Source: Octopus bimaculoides
Taxonomy: Eukaryota
Direction: 5' to 3'
Length of the DNA: 64,000 bases
Assembly (NCBI RefSeq): GCF_001194135.2
Contig: NC_069000.1
Coordinates: 7,744,013-7,808,012, forward strand
This document shows positions 27,624 to 40,278 of the stretch, piece after piece. A program made the translations under genes and the position numbers. The notes beneath the pieces are model-generated. The model did no database searches and was not told the DNA's origin. It was given only the letters and a program-made list of their open reading frames with translations. Position 1 is the first letter of the stretch. Every line of letters begins with the position of its first letter.

Positions 27624-28140
27624 GGTGGCGAGCTGGCAGGTTCGTTAGCATGACGGGCAAAATTCTTAGCAGCGTTTCATCTGTCTTTACATTCTGAGTT
27701 CAAATTCTGCCAAGATCAACTTCACCTTTCCTCCTTTCGGAGTCGATATATTAAGTAATCGATTAGTCCTCTGCCCCAAATTTCAGGCCTTGTGCCTTTA
27801 GCAGAAAGGATTATTATTATTATTATTATCATTAAGGTAGTGAGCTGACAGAATCATTAGCATGCTGGACAAAATGGCAGAATTTGAACTCAAAATGTAA
27901 AGACAGATGAAATGCCGCTAAGCATTTTGTCCAGCATGCTAATGATTCTGTCAGTTTCAAATCTCAAGCAAGAAAAGGTTTCATCCATCTTTGCATTCTG
28001 AGGACAAATTCTGCCGAGGTCAACTTTGCCTTTCATCTTTTCGGGGGTCAATAAAATAAGTACCAGTTGAACACTGGGGTCGATGTAATCAACTTAACAC
28101 CTCCCACAACATTTCTGGCCATGTGCCAAAATTTGAAGCC
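27624..28140 (+). mobile_element. Two tandem SINE family A copies, the second rearranged
   Basis: Full copy at 27624-27810 with an (ATT)n tail. The second copy, from 27836, carries an inverted head duplication. Confidence 0.85.
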
Positions 28141-29363
28141 ATTATTATTAGTTAATAATAATAATGATAAATAATTTGTTTTAAGAAATATTGCTGTTGT
28201 TACAAATATGATAGACCAAAGTCAGTAACATGGTTCAATTCCCAGTAGGTGCTACTTTATTTCGATTATTTGAGCCCTTGGGAAAACATACACATCACAA
28301 CATCTCAAACTCACACCTCCTCTTCTACTTTAAATCTTAATCTTACCTGCCCGTCTTTATCTTTTCAGCCTCACCCCCACCTAATCTTAATTACATATGC
28401 CCATCACTAATTAGGGAAGAAATAAACCCCGCCCCCATCTCCTCCCCCTTTCACCCCATATATGATCCCTAAAAAGGAATTATATTCTCTTCAGCCCTCT
28501 ATCTTTCTATGTTGGGATATTTGAAGTGTGGAAAAAACAGATGGAAGGGATGAAGTGTGGGAGGCAGAGGTGGGTAAATATCAGAGATTACAGAGGGACA
28601 GGGGGAGATGAGGGAACTGCTAAGATTTCCAGCAGAGATAACTACCACCACCACCACTGTTGCTATTACTACTACTACTACTACTACTACATTACCACCA
28701 CCATTACTACTACCACTACCAAAATCACCACCACCACTGCATCACAACTACCACTGTACTACTATCATTACTACTACAAATGATTTCTTAACAGGAGACT
28801 ATAACAAGGAGCTGGTGGAGAAAAGCATAGCTGCTTGTATAGACCCTAGTTAATAACTGTTAGCAGGATTTGAACTCAGACTGTAAACAATGAAAAATAA
28901 TGATTGGTCTATAGTTCCATGTTCTACCTTTAGGCTAATAGTCCCCTATTCTAAATGGTATTTGACCCTATAGTTCCCTCTAATATATACTGTTAGGCTG
29001 AGCATGTCCTGCTCTGATATTAGGCTTTATGGTCCCCTATAATGGTGTTAAGCCTATAGAGCCCTAATCCAAATAGTGTTAGGCCCTATAGTCCCCTGTT
29101 ATAGTGTTAGGCTTATACTACAATTATAAATATAGTTAGGCCTATAGTTCCTTATAGTTCCCTAAATGTGTGCGTGTTTGTGTATGGATGTGCATGTAAA
29201 TATATGCGTAATATGTGTGAACATAGGTAAGCATGTGTCTATGTATGTATGTATGTGTGTGTATGTGAGCATATGTATGTATGTTTGCATGTGCCTGCAT
29301 GTATGTATGTGTATATATGGACACGTGTTCATTAATCACTGATGTTATGTTAAATAATATGCA

Positions 29364-29415
<52 letters not shown>

Positions 29416-29711
29416 TAGAGAGAGAACTGTTTCATATTGAGATAATGAAGGTTGTTATAACCAAATTAGTCAAGAGGTACCATCTGTTTTGAGAGCTGAT
29501 TCTTCCAATATGTGAACCAATGACTGCCAGCTTTCCTAAAAATCAGTTTATGCATGGCAAGGGGACGAGGCAGAGTAACAGACTCATCCAATTACAATAA
29601 TGCTTCTAAAAAAAAACAAACAAATTATTATTATTATCATTATTATTATGTGGGCCTCACCNNNNNNNNNNGAAAGCGGACGTTAAACGATGATGATGAT
29701 GATGATGATGA

Positions 29712-30995
29712 AGGCGGTAAGCTGGCAGAATCATTAGTACATTGGGCACGTTTAGCAGCACTTCTTACTCTATACATTCTGAATTCAAATACTGCTGAGG
29801 TCAACTTTGTCTTTCATCCTTTCAGGATTGATAAAATAAGCACCAGTTGAACACTGGGATCAATGTGATAAACTATACACTCCCGCCAAAAATTTCAGGC
29901 CTTCGGCCTATAGTAGAAACGCTTATCATTGCTATCGTTATTACTATGATAGAACCATTAGCATGGAGCACTGGATTAACCATTAAGTAAAATAAACATG
30001 TGCTTAGAGCATCAAGGGAAGGAGGTGGCACCACAGAAATGGTAAATGGTTTACAGCACAAAAGAAATCACTTTAAACTTGCTAAAATAATATTTGGGAT
30101 GCCTTTATCGCTAACTATAGATGCAGATGTGTTACCTAAGATGAATTTTGAGGATCTGATCAAAGATTTTGCGATTCAAAAAAGTAGGAGGAAACTTTTC
30201 AAATATAAATAAAGTGGAAGTGTACAAAAATAAACATTTGTTTCCCTTTTACTGTTTTGTTTCATTTTGAAAATTAAAAATTTGTCTTATGGCTTGTTAT
30301 TGCTTATATTTTGAATTACATAATCTTTTATGGGGGAACCAAAATCATTTAAGTGCTTAGGGCCTTGATGGAGCTTAATCCAGCCCAGCACGTTAGACAG
30401 AATGCATAGCAGTAGTTCTTTGATTATTTATGTTAAGTTCAAATACTGCTGAGGCTAACTTCCATCCTTTCGGGGTTGATAAAATAAGGATCCTATGAAA
30501 CACTGAGGGAGCAAAGTAATCGCTTAGCCCCTTCCATATAAATTTCAGTCCTTATACCCATAATAGGAAGAACTATTATCAAGGTAGTGAGCTGTCAGGA
30601 CCCTTAGTGCATTGGACAGAATGCTTAGCAGCATTTCTTCTGGCTCATTACATTCTCAGTTCAAATACTGCTGAGGTTGACTTGGCCTTTCATCTACCTA
30701 GGGTCAATAAAATAAAGCACTGGGCAAAAACTGGGGTTGATGTAATCAACTAACTCCCTTTCTGTAAAATTGCTGGCCTTGTGCCAAAATATGAAACAAG
30801 GGGGGCGAACTGGCAGACTGGTTAGTGCACTGGACAAAATGCATAGCAGTATTTTGCTTGTCGCTACGTTGAGTTCAAATTTTGCCTTTCATCCTTTCAG
30901 GGTCAATAAAATAAGTACCAGTTGAACACTGGGGATCAATGTAATCAACTCATCCCCTCCCCCAAAATTGCTGCCCTTGTGGCAAAATTCGAAAC
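29712..30995 (+). mobile_element. Cluster of four same-orientation SINE family A copies, one interrupted by the hAT element
   Basis: Heads are at about 29712, 29950/30390, 30580 and 30800. Further plus copies are at about 4540-4722, 8460-8640 and 34970-35120. Confidence 0.8.
29966..30388 (+). mobile_element. Internally deleted hAT element inserted in a SINE head
   Basis: Inverted ends CTGGATTAA and TTAATCCAG. ORF 30000-30212 ends LSLTIDADVLPKMNFEDLIKDFAIQKSRRK, resembling the hAT C-terminal dimerisation region. SINE head sequence resumes on both sides. Confidence 0.65.
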
Positions 30996-32116
30996 CATGA
31001 TTATTAATGTTTTGAGCTGATATCAAAAATCCTTATATCTAGCATGTCCTGACTAAGTGGCTGTCTCCCATTTTGAGAAGGAGACTTATGTTCACTAGTT
31101 TCATAAATAATTTTATTTCGAGTGTGTGTGTGTGTGTGTGTGTGTGTGCATGCGCACATTGCACTATGAGTGAGCAATACAGTTTTTGTCAACCAGTTTC
31201 ACTCACCAGGCATTGGTCATGCCAAAGCCATAGTGAAAAACACTCGAGTGATGCCGCACAGTGAGAATGAACCTGAAATCTTGCAAATGTGAAGTGAACT
31301 TCTTTGCTTCACAGTCAAGGTCCCCGACCCCAGAGTAAATGATTTCTTCTTGTTTCTTGAATATATTTGTGAGTATGTAAGACTGTGTGTGCAAGAGCAT
31401 GTAGTATCTGTGCATGCATATGTGCATGCAAGTAAGAACGTGTCACATAAGAGAGTGTATATGAGTGTGTGTACGTATGCATGAGAACATGGATACATGC
31501 ACATTAAAGAGAGAGAGAGTGTGTGTGTGTGTGAGATAAGGCAATAGAGTCCATGATAAGCATGTCTTCCACACATGCCCCTCTCTTACCACTAAACACT
31601 TCATTCTTAAACCTGTGTTATCAGGTGTGAGCCTTCTCCTCCCCACCCACACACGCACACCTTCCGCCAAATTATCAAACCTGAAGAACTGAACATCCTG
31701 ACCAATGACAGACCAAATATACAGTTACCAAGGAAACATTAAGGAGTCTTCACACTATAAAATTAATTCACATCTATTAAAAATAACTTTAAAAAAAAAA
31801 AGTGAAGATTTCTTATCAAATACTTGGTTGGTGGAAGATTTGGGAAACTTCTATTAGATTAGGACTAGAAGTGATGGTGGTAATAGTATGATGGGAATGG
31901 TGGTGGTCATTGTGGAAGTGTAATGGTGGTGGTGAAGATGGTATTGGTTGGTAGAGATGGTGACATTGTCGGTGATAGTGATGATAAAGATGGAGGGGAG
32001 AGAATGGTGATGGTGGTGTTATTTAGCTTATCTGTACGCCCGCCCCGTGTGTGCATACATGTGTGTCTACTACATTATCTGTCGGCCATCTATGGGAGAG
32101 GGGCAGGGGGAGAGGG

Positions 32117-32164
<48 letters not shown>

Positions 32165-35100
32165 AAACCATGGGATCGTAACATAGTGAAGCAGCCGGCA
32201 GGTCATTAAGACCCCGGAGACATAAAAACCTCCAACTATTCAGATATGATCCTTTGTGTTCTGAGTAAAACAAAATCACACCAAAGTCTGATTGGTCTTC
32301 CTTAGAGTCAATAAAATAACGTACCAGTCAAGTTCTGGGGTCAATTAACATTCTCCAACGCTCCCTAGATTGGATCAGATTTATAACAGAAAATTAAGCG
32401 AACGCACCACCGTGTCATGCAAATGGCACGTAGAAGCACCCATTACACTCTTGGAGTGGTTGGTGTTAAGAAGGGCATCCAGCCATAGAAAACCATACCA
32501 AATGAGACTGGAGTCCGGTGCAGCCTTCCAGTGTGCCAGCCCAGTCAAAGTGTCCAACCCAACCACAACAGATGTTAAATGATGATGATATATATATATC
32601 TATGTATATTTATGTGTGTGTTTGTGTTTCTCCCCCCACCATCACTTGACAACCGATGTTTGTGTGTTTATGTCCCTGTAACTTAGCAGTTCGGCAAAAG
32701 ACTGATAGAATAAGTACTAGGCTTACAAAGTCCTAGGGTCGATTTGCTCGACTGAAGGCGGTGCTCCAGCATGGCCGCAGTCAAATGACTGAAACAAGTA
32801 AAAGAGTATATATACATACACACATACATACATGCCATCCAGAGCAACAATTATAACTATTGCTGACATGACTATTATGCCAGACATTAAATATGGTAGT
32901 TATGTCCAACACTTAATTTTACATCATTAATGATAATCTTCAGAAAAATTAGCAAATATTGTCATTTGAGAATGAGATTAAATGAATGTGATACACTAAA
33001 AATAAGAACAGGACTAGTTGAAGCAGTTGGGAACACGAAAAAAAAAAAAAAAAAAAAAGAAAGGGCAGGGGATCAACAAACACCCGGAACAATTTCATAG
33101 CAAATAATTGGCTAAAAACCTTGTAGAATATTGCACTTTTAGACACTGTAAACATCCCAAGAAAGTTGCCACACAAATTAAAACTATAGTGAAGTTAGAC
33201 TGACCCAGTGAGATTAAAAAGTAAACATTGGACAGAGGTCAATGAAGTGTGGTCACTTTGACATTGCGCAGAGGTTGCATTATCAGGTGGGTGCTGAGGC
33301 TAATAACACAGCTCTCAGTTATTTCAGCCACAGACAAAACAGTTGTAAATACTTCCTGCAATCTACTTAACATATCTGGTCACTACACTGGGGAACGGAC
33401 AAAAATAGATTGCAACACCACCACCACCACCACCATCACCACTGCAAATAACCAACCATCTCAAGTAACCCCTGTAATTACTCAATATACATAACATATA
33501 GATACATACATACACAGCACACCAAGACTATTACTATCAGAACGTACACATCTCTCTCTATACACACACATCTATACAAGCGCACACACAAATAGTGTGT
33601 GTTCCATTTTACAATGGAAGGAGGGGAGAGAGAAAGAAAAAACGCATTCAATACATGTTCAAGAGTATATATTTGAATGTGAGTCTTCAGTTTATTATTG
33701 TTGAAGTAAATATGGAAATAGGAAACTTGGAGTAGTGATTATCTAGTGAAGCCTCACTTTTTGAATAAGTGTGTATGTGTGTGTACATGTATGTATATCC
33801 GCATGTGTGTGTGTGTGGGGGGGGGGGAAGTAAATTTCCCTGTGCCTTTTGCCTTATCTGTCCACCCCCTACACCCACATCAATTACTTTGGTACATACC
33901 AAACAGCGCAATGCTCTATCAGAACGGGGAGAGGGAACAAACAGCCACCCTAACTGTCTTAGTGTAGATAGTGGGGATGGGGGGAGGGTAGCTCCAGCTC
34001 TGTCTAACCTCTACATGTTGAAGGAGATGGTGGGTAGAGGGAGCATTTTTTTTTCTCCCTAATATAAAAAAGGTCAACCCTTTTCTATTTCCCAAAGAGC
34101 TGGCTCCAAACCAGCTTCATCTTGGTAGTTCAATCTGTTAGAAATAACAGCCAAATCTTCTGCGAATCACACAATGTGAGGGTACATGAGATAACGTAGT
34201 TGGAGATACCCCCAGAAAAGGCGGGATGGTCACAGCTAGCACATCTTTAATTATAGATCAGGACTGACCAGGGGTTAAACAACAACTGCAGCTATTTCAT
34301 ATAATTAAATTGTTCATGTTCTAAAGGTAAGCAGGGTTAATACAGCTTTCCACTAAAAAAGGGAACATTTTGCAGTGAAGGTAAGGATCTTGTAATCTAC
34401 TCTACAATCAGCTCAGTTCACTTCACAATATATGCCATAATATGAAGATGAGAGCTAAACCTCCTCCTGGATATGAGGTTAGTCTATCACAGATTAACAT
34501 TCCCTTATGATCTGATATCCACTGGCATCTAGGTTATCTGAGCTGGAATATAGTATCTGCCTAGACAAAAAGAATTATCAGCAGAAGAAGTGAATATACA
34601 TCACCTATAAGCAGATAGTTCATTAACTTAATTATGTAAATTATACCAACCAAAAATTCCTGTTTTATGTAGAAATATTTGTTAACTGATTACCAAGCTT
34701 GGTTAGATTCTGCTGATGGGAGTCTACTAGAATGAAACATGAATATAGTTGTCCCCTTCACCTGAAAACAAAAGCCATGTATTTCTTCTTCTAAACAAGT
34801 AAATTTACATCGCGGTTAACTCCTACTTATCTCCCTTCCCTTTGACAGTTGCTAACAATCACCGTTGGGCTTTTATTTTCTTCCTCAAACTAAAACAAAT
34901 TTTAACTAATTGAGAATATTTTGTGTACAAGATTTCAATGGATTAGCTTTTAAATGAATTAGCTTTGTGGCATTTCGCCTGTCTTTATGTTCTGAGTTCA
35001 AATTCCACCAAGGCTTACTTTGCCTTTCATCCATTTGGGGTCGATAGATTAAGTACCAGTTGTAATCGACTAGTCTCCTCCCCCAAAATTTCAGGCCTTG

Positions 35101-35430
35101 TTCCTATAGCAGAAAGGGTTATTATTAATTGTGGTGGTGGTGGCCCCAGACACAGCTAAAAGACAGGAATATTCAGTTGAAAAATACATAAAGGGAGAGT
35201 AGGCTGAGGGTAGGAGGGGGGGGTGTAACAGTAGGAGGCCAGGGTGAGGGTGGCGAAGATATTACTATCTTTCTATCACTTTCCAATATCATTAAAGCCT
35301 GTGTAGGTATGTGTGTGTGTGTGTGGATGCATGTCTGCATACACATGTGTGCGCATATCTATAATTATGTACTTGTGATTGTATGAATGTATGTGTGTGT
35401 GTGTCCAATCAACAGTGTCAGATTACTTAC

Positions 35431-35442
35431 CGTAACATACCA
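35431..35442 (-). CDS. Candidate 12-nt frame-preserving microexon (TGGTATGTTACG) between the two exons above
   Basis: Branch-like TATTAAC, pyrimidine tract, CTCTAG| acceptor and strong CG|GTAAGT donor. Inclusion changes IDL-R-NVR to IDL-SGMLR-NVR with no stop. Confidence 0.3.
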
Positions 35443-36369
35443 CTAGAGTAAAGTAGGTTAATAAGAGGGGAACCCTGTATATAGGGTTGTATACATGTGA
35501 GTAGGACATTTTAGATGTGTGTGTGTGTGTGTGTGTAGGTCATTTATGTGGGTATGTGTGCATGTGTGGGACATTTTATGTGTGTAGGACATTGTGTGTG
35601 TGTGTGTAAAACATTTATGTGGGTGTGCGTGTGTAGAACATTGTATGTGTGTGTGTGTGTGTAGGACATTTTGTATGTGTAGGATGTGTGTGTGTGTGTG
35701 TGGGCTTGTATGGCTGTGTGATAGGAAATTTGCTTCCCAACCACATGGTTTTCAGTTCTGTTTCACTGCATGACACCTTATGCAAGTGTCTTCTTCTATA
35801 GCCCCAGGTCAACCAAAGCCTTGTGATTTGGTAGGCAAAAACTGAAAGAAGCTCATCTTAGGTGTATGTCTGTATGGGTGTGTATGTGTGTATGTAAGTA
35901 TGGGTGGATGGGTATGTATGTGTGTGTGGGTGGATGGGTGTGTGTGTTAGTTACTGCCTCCTTGCTTTGACATTGCATGATAGTCGTAAACAAGTGTCAC
36001 CGTCATGCATGCTGTGTTCAATCTTCCCTGAAAAAACATCTCAGATCAAGGGGAAATATTAACTTACCTCACATCAACTCAACTTGCACAAAATAAATAC
36101 CAGCAGGTATTTTTATTTGACACTTGCTCAAGGTGCAGTGGAATAAGTTTGAAACTGCAGCTAATGCGACTGAGCAGTAAAGTTGTAAACCATTGCACCA
36201 GCTTCCGCCTAACCCTCCTCTTTCAGAGACGGAGCTGAACAATATGAATATTGTATTAACGTGTTAATTGTCACCAAGTTAGAAGAACTTTGTTCATATA
36301 ATAATCATAACAATAACTATGGTCAGTATTAATGTTGATGGTAATCAGTAGTCACAAAATATCAAACAT

Positions 36370-36680
36370 GCTGTGTGATATGATCACATGATGTCACTTC
36401 ACATGCTGTGTGATATAGTTACAAGATATCACCTAATGTGCATAATATAGTCACAAGATATCACCTAACAAGTTGTGTGATATGGTCACAAGATATCACC
36501 TAACAAGTTGTGTGATATGGTCACAAGGTATCACCTAACAAGTTGTGTGATATGGTCACAAGATATCACCTAACAAGTTGTGTGATATGGTCACAAGGTA
36601 TCACCTAACAATTTGTGTGATATGGTCACAAAATATTGCCTATCATGCTGTGTGATATGATAAGATATCACCTAACATGC
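36370..36680. repeat. 35-bp minisatellite (TGTGTGATATGGTCACAAGATATCACCTAACAAGT)
   Basis: Core copies are near-identical and the edges are degenerate. Each unit contains a GTGATAT/ATATCAC inverted pair. Confidence 0.9.
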
Positions 36681-37019
36681 TTGAATGATATGCAGTGGAA
36701 ATTACAAATAGAAACAAGATGTTTAATGCATGAAATGATGGTTACCGTTGGTTCAAGGTCTGCTTTTCTGTATCAAAAAATATTATTTATGGAATAAATG
36801 AATATGAAAACTGAATGAAGATGATTTATGCAGGCAAACAATAATAGTTAGTAAGAAATAACAGTTTCCATAATCGTGGCACAATTAGTAAAGGGTTAAC
36901 GGGATCGTATAATAAAAGTCAGTCAAAACAATTGTTAATTTTAACCATGTGGTACACTGGCTGCAAGACTGGGTTAATGATTAGTCTCCATGCTAAATCA
37001 AAACATTCTGTATATGTAC

Positions 37020-37114
37020 CTGAGATCAATGAGTGTCATTCGACGTGGCCTCAGTGATTGCTGTTGTTTACGGGTGATCTGTGGGGTACCATAGATGTTT
37101 TGGACATCAAACAT
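37020..37114 (-). CDS. Coding part of a probable first or alternative first exon of an unidentified large-intron gene (MFDVQNIYGTPQITRKQQQSLRPRRMTLIDL+AG)
   Basis: Hand translation: ATG at 37114 with an in-frame TAG 7 codons upstream, then 31 open codons plus 2 nt, then donor AG|GTACAT. The phase-2 end matches the acceptor at 25271 exactly. The stretch is non-repetitive and CpG-containing. An acceptor TTTAG|CCA 18 nt upstream of the ATG could instead make it an internal exon. Confidence 0.7.
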
Positions 37115-37560
37115 TCTCACTAATTTGTTTGGCTAAAGCTAACTTGGACAAAACTTGAATTTGTTCGTTGTTCTGTTTTCTAGAAACTCCTTCTTCCTTC
37201 AGTTTGGTAACGTTGAACAGTTGTTTTTAGCAAGTTGGCAGCAGATGAAGAATCTTAGGTCCAAACTACGCAGTATTTTTAAGGGTGACCTGTGACCTTA
37301 AAAGGGCTTTCAGTTTTTCCTTGAGCAAAGAAGGTGACAAATTTCTAAACGCTCTTCATTATGCCTGTCCAAATGAAGGAAGTGGGGGGTGGAGAAAGAA
37401 GTTTCTAGAAATGATAGTTGCTTGTAAACCCCAGTAAAGGGGTGGCTATTTTGTGTGAGTGCGCTAAAGAATCATTGTGCAGACGATGTGAAAGGTTGGT
37501 GATAAAACAAGCCTCCTCCTCCTCCTCCACACAGGCCTCCTTGCCTCATTATTATTATTA
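37115..37560 (-). promoter_or_regulatory. Probable 5' UTR/promoter region of the 37114 first exon
   Basis: Repeat-free unique sequence directly upstream of the ATG with an in-frame upstream stop. The TSS cannot be located from sequence. Confidence 0.35.
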
Positions 37561-37904
37561 TAATGTAAAAGCCAACATGTGACATTCAACAAAGGAAATG
37601 ACAATATTTAAACATTGTTTCGGTGTTGTTTCACTTTGTAACAACATTAAACTCACTGACTCCAGCTGGCTGCCTCGTAAGTAATTAATCTTTCAGCTAA
37701 ATGGGAATGTACATACACATACATATATACATACATATACATACTTTTACATACATAGACATAAAAGCCCCCACAGCTGCTCACTATATTCTTCACACAC
37801 ATATATTTATAAATATAATGTCAACACGAAATCTCTGATAACTAACTTTTGGTGAGTGGAACATTCAAAGTCAGCTGAGGGAGTGAAGAAGCTATGCCAG
37901 CCAA

Positions 37905-38180
37905 GTGAAGCAGTGATATTAGCTGAATGAAGCAATGATATCTGCCGAGTGAAGCAATGATATTTGCCGAGTGAAGCAATGATATCAGCCGAGTGAAGCA
38001 ATGATATCAGCCGAGTTAAGCAATGATATCAGCCGAGTGAAGCAATGATATCAGCCGAGTGAAGCAATGATATCAGCCGAGTGAAGCAATGATATCAGCC
38101 GAGTGAAGCAATGATATCAGCCGAGTGGAGCAATGATATCAGCCGAGTGAAGTAATGATATTAGCTGAGTGAAGTAATGT
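37905..38180. repeat. 22-bp minisatellite (CAGCCGAGTGAAGCAATGATAT), about 12 copies
   Basis: Read directly. Each junction creates the palindrome TGATATCA. Confidence 0.9.
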
Positions 38181-40278
38181 CAGATGAACGAATTAATGAT
38201 ATCATTCAGAGAGAGGCACTTGATACTAATTAAGTTGTACCACAGTTACATATCTTTATAGAATCATAACTCTGCAGTGGTCATAAACAAGGTAATGACA
38301 TGTCTATTCCAGTCATAACTATACCAGTCACAGTTCTATCAGTTTTGTGTATTTACATCACTTCTTTTGAGAAGTGGATGTTCAGAGAGTTACTCAAATA
38401 TTAATAGGTCGGTCAATTTTTCTGGACATTTCCTGCACAGTCCTGCAGTCATGGTGGTAGTAATGGGCTGGTATGGTCATTGAATGGCCCCATTGGGTGA
38501 TGGTCAATAAGATCAGAGAGTGCAACGGCAAAAGTAAACCATGATTCCACATTTTGAGAGAAACGACTTTGTGGAATTGAATTTCTTGAGTGGTCTGAAA
38601 TTAAAATCATAAAATAAAATTTTTTTTTTTTTTCATTTCATATAATTCATATAATATATGATATAATATAATATATATATTATATATATATATATATTAT
38701 ATACAGATATATATAGTTGAAAAGGGGGTTAAGAATTCATACAAATCAAAGGTTATAGGTAAAAAGTAAAAGTAGAAACAGCATGGAAGTATGTTTAAAG
38801 AAAAAGAAAATAGTCTTTAAGCATACTTCCATGCTGTTCCCACTTTTCTGTTTTACTTAGACACACACACACATATATATGCAGAGGTTACTTTATATAC
38901 ATGTATATATATATATATATGTATGTGTACGCAAATATATACAAGTGTGTATGTGTGTTGGGTTTTTGTGCATGTTAGGTTTGTGTGTGCATGTTGGGTG
39001 TGTATGTGTGTGTATATGTAAAGTATACAGGTAAATGGATGTTGTTGGTTTTGACACAGCATATTCCAATTGCCACATCAATGGAACTACTTGAATTTGC
39101 ATGTAAGTGACTGAGTATTCCACAGACATGTAACCTTAATGTAACTCACAAACATAATCTATGCGATGAAGTGGTTTGCAAAGCTGGAGCTTTGAATCAC
39201 AATAAGTTCATCAACTGGACGTCAATAGTCTCCGTCAACCTGAAGCATTGGTCAAAGACACTTGCCCAAGATGCCATATAATGGAATCAAACTCTCAGAC
39301 TCAGGATCCAGGAGGTTATCCAAGGACAAGAAAAAACATTATAGAAATACTTCATGTTGATACATCTCACTTCAACTGGTTCCAACCAGCAAGCCATGTC
39401 CATTTGTTACCAGGAATATTTCAAGATTGGAATCAGTTCAGTCAACTCTGATAGTGGCTTTAATTAGAGACATTATTGGCAGATAGAATCAGTAAGAACA
39501 CCAGACAATATATCTTTTGGTATTTAGTTACATTCTTCCATGACCAAGAGTTCATTTCTTGCCAAGGCCAACTTCACCTTTTAACCTTCCAGGGGGTTGA
39601 TAATTATCAACAATCACATCATGATATAATTAAATATACCCCCACCTCTCCACAACACTCTGTGGCCTTGTCAACTGATATTAGGAAGTATTATTAATTA
39701 TTTTGCTTTAATTAAAATAGAACACACACATGCACAAACACACTATCTTTAGTACATATATACACATTTATACACACTAGCTTTTCACCTTTAAATACAT
39801 ACACACACACGCACACACAACTGTGCTTTATATGGCAGTTCTTCAGCTTTGATCAACCAAACTACCTACTCATGGAACTAGCTAGCACCTAAATGACTGA
39901 GAATTCCAGATATGTATTCCGTTAATATATTCTCCAACCAGAATTAGTGCGACGCCTTTGAATTCCAGCTATAGTCCAGTCTGACAGGCTTCCATGCAGT
40001 TTCCATTTACCCAATGTCATTTGGGTCCGTGCTCAAAGACACTTGCCCATAATGCTTTGCAATGGGATTGAACCCTAGACTTCATGATTGTGAAGCAACA
40101 TTTCTAACAACTTGACTACAATGGTGGAGGCTGTAAATGCCTGAATTTCCAATTTTAGCTTCATAATTAAGAGTGAGTGCTGTAAGCTAGCACAGATGAA
40201 ATGCTACTAAGCATTTTTGCCTGGCTTGCTAACAATTCTGCCAGCTTGCCATAATAATAATAATAATAATAATAATAA

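Noticed and set aside
22421-38180. CRISPR-like arrays at 22421, 36370 and 37905
   Set aside because: These are head-to-tail tandem repeats with no unique spacers, in eukaryotic DNA.
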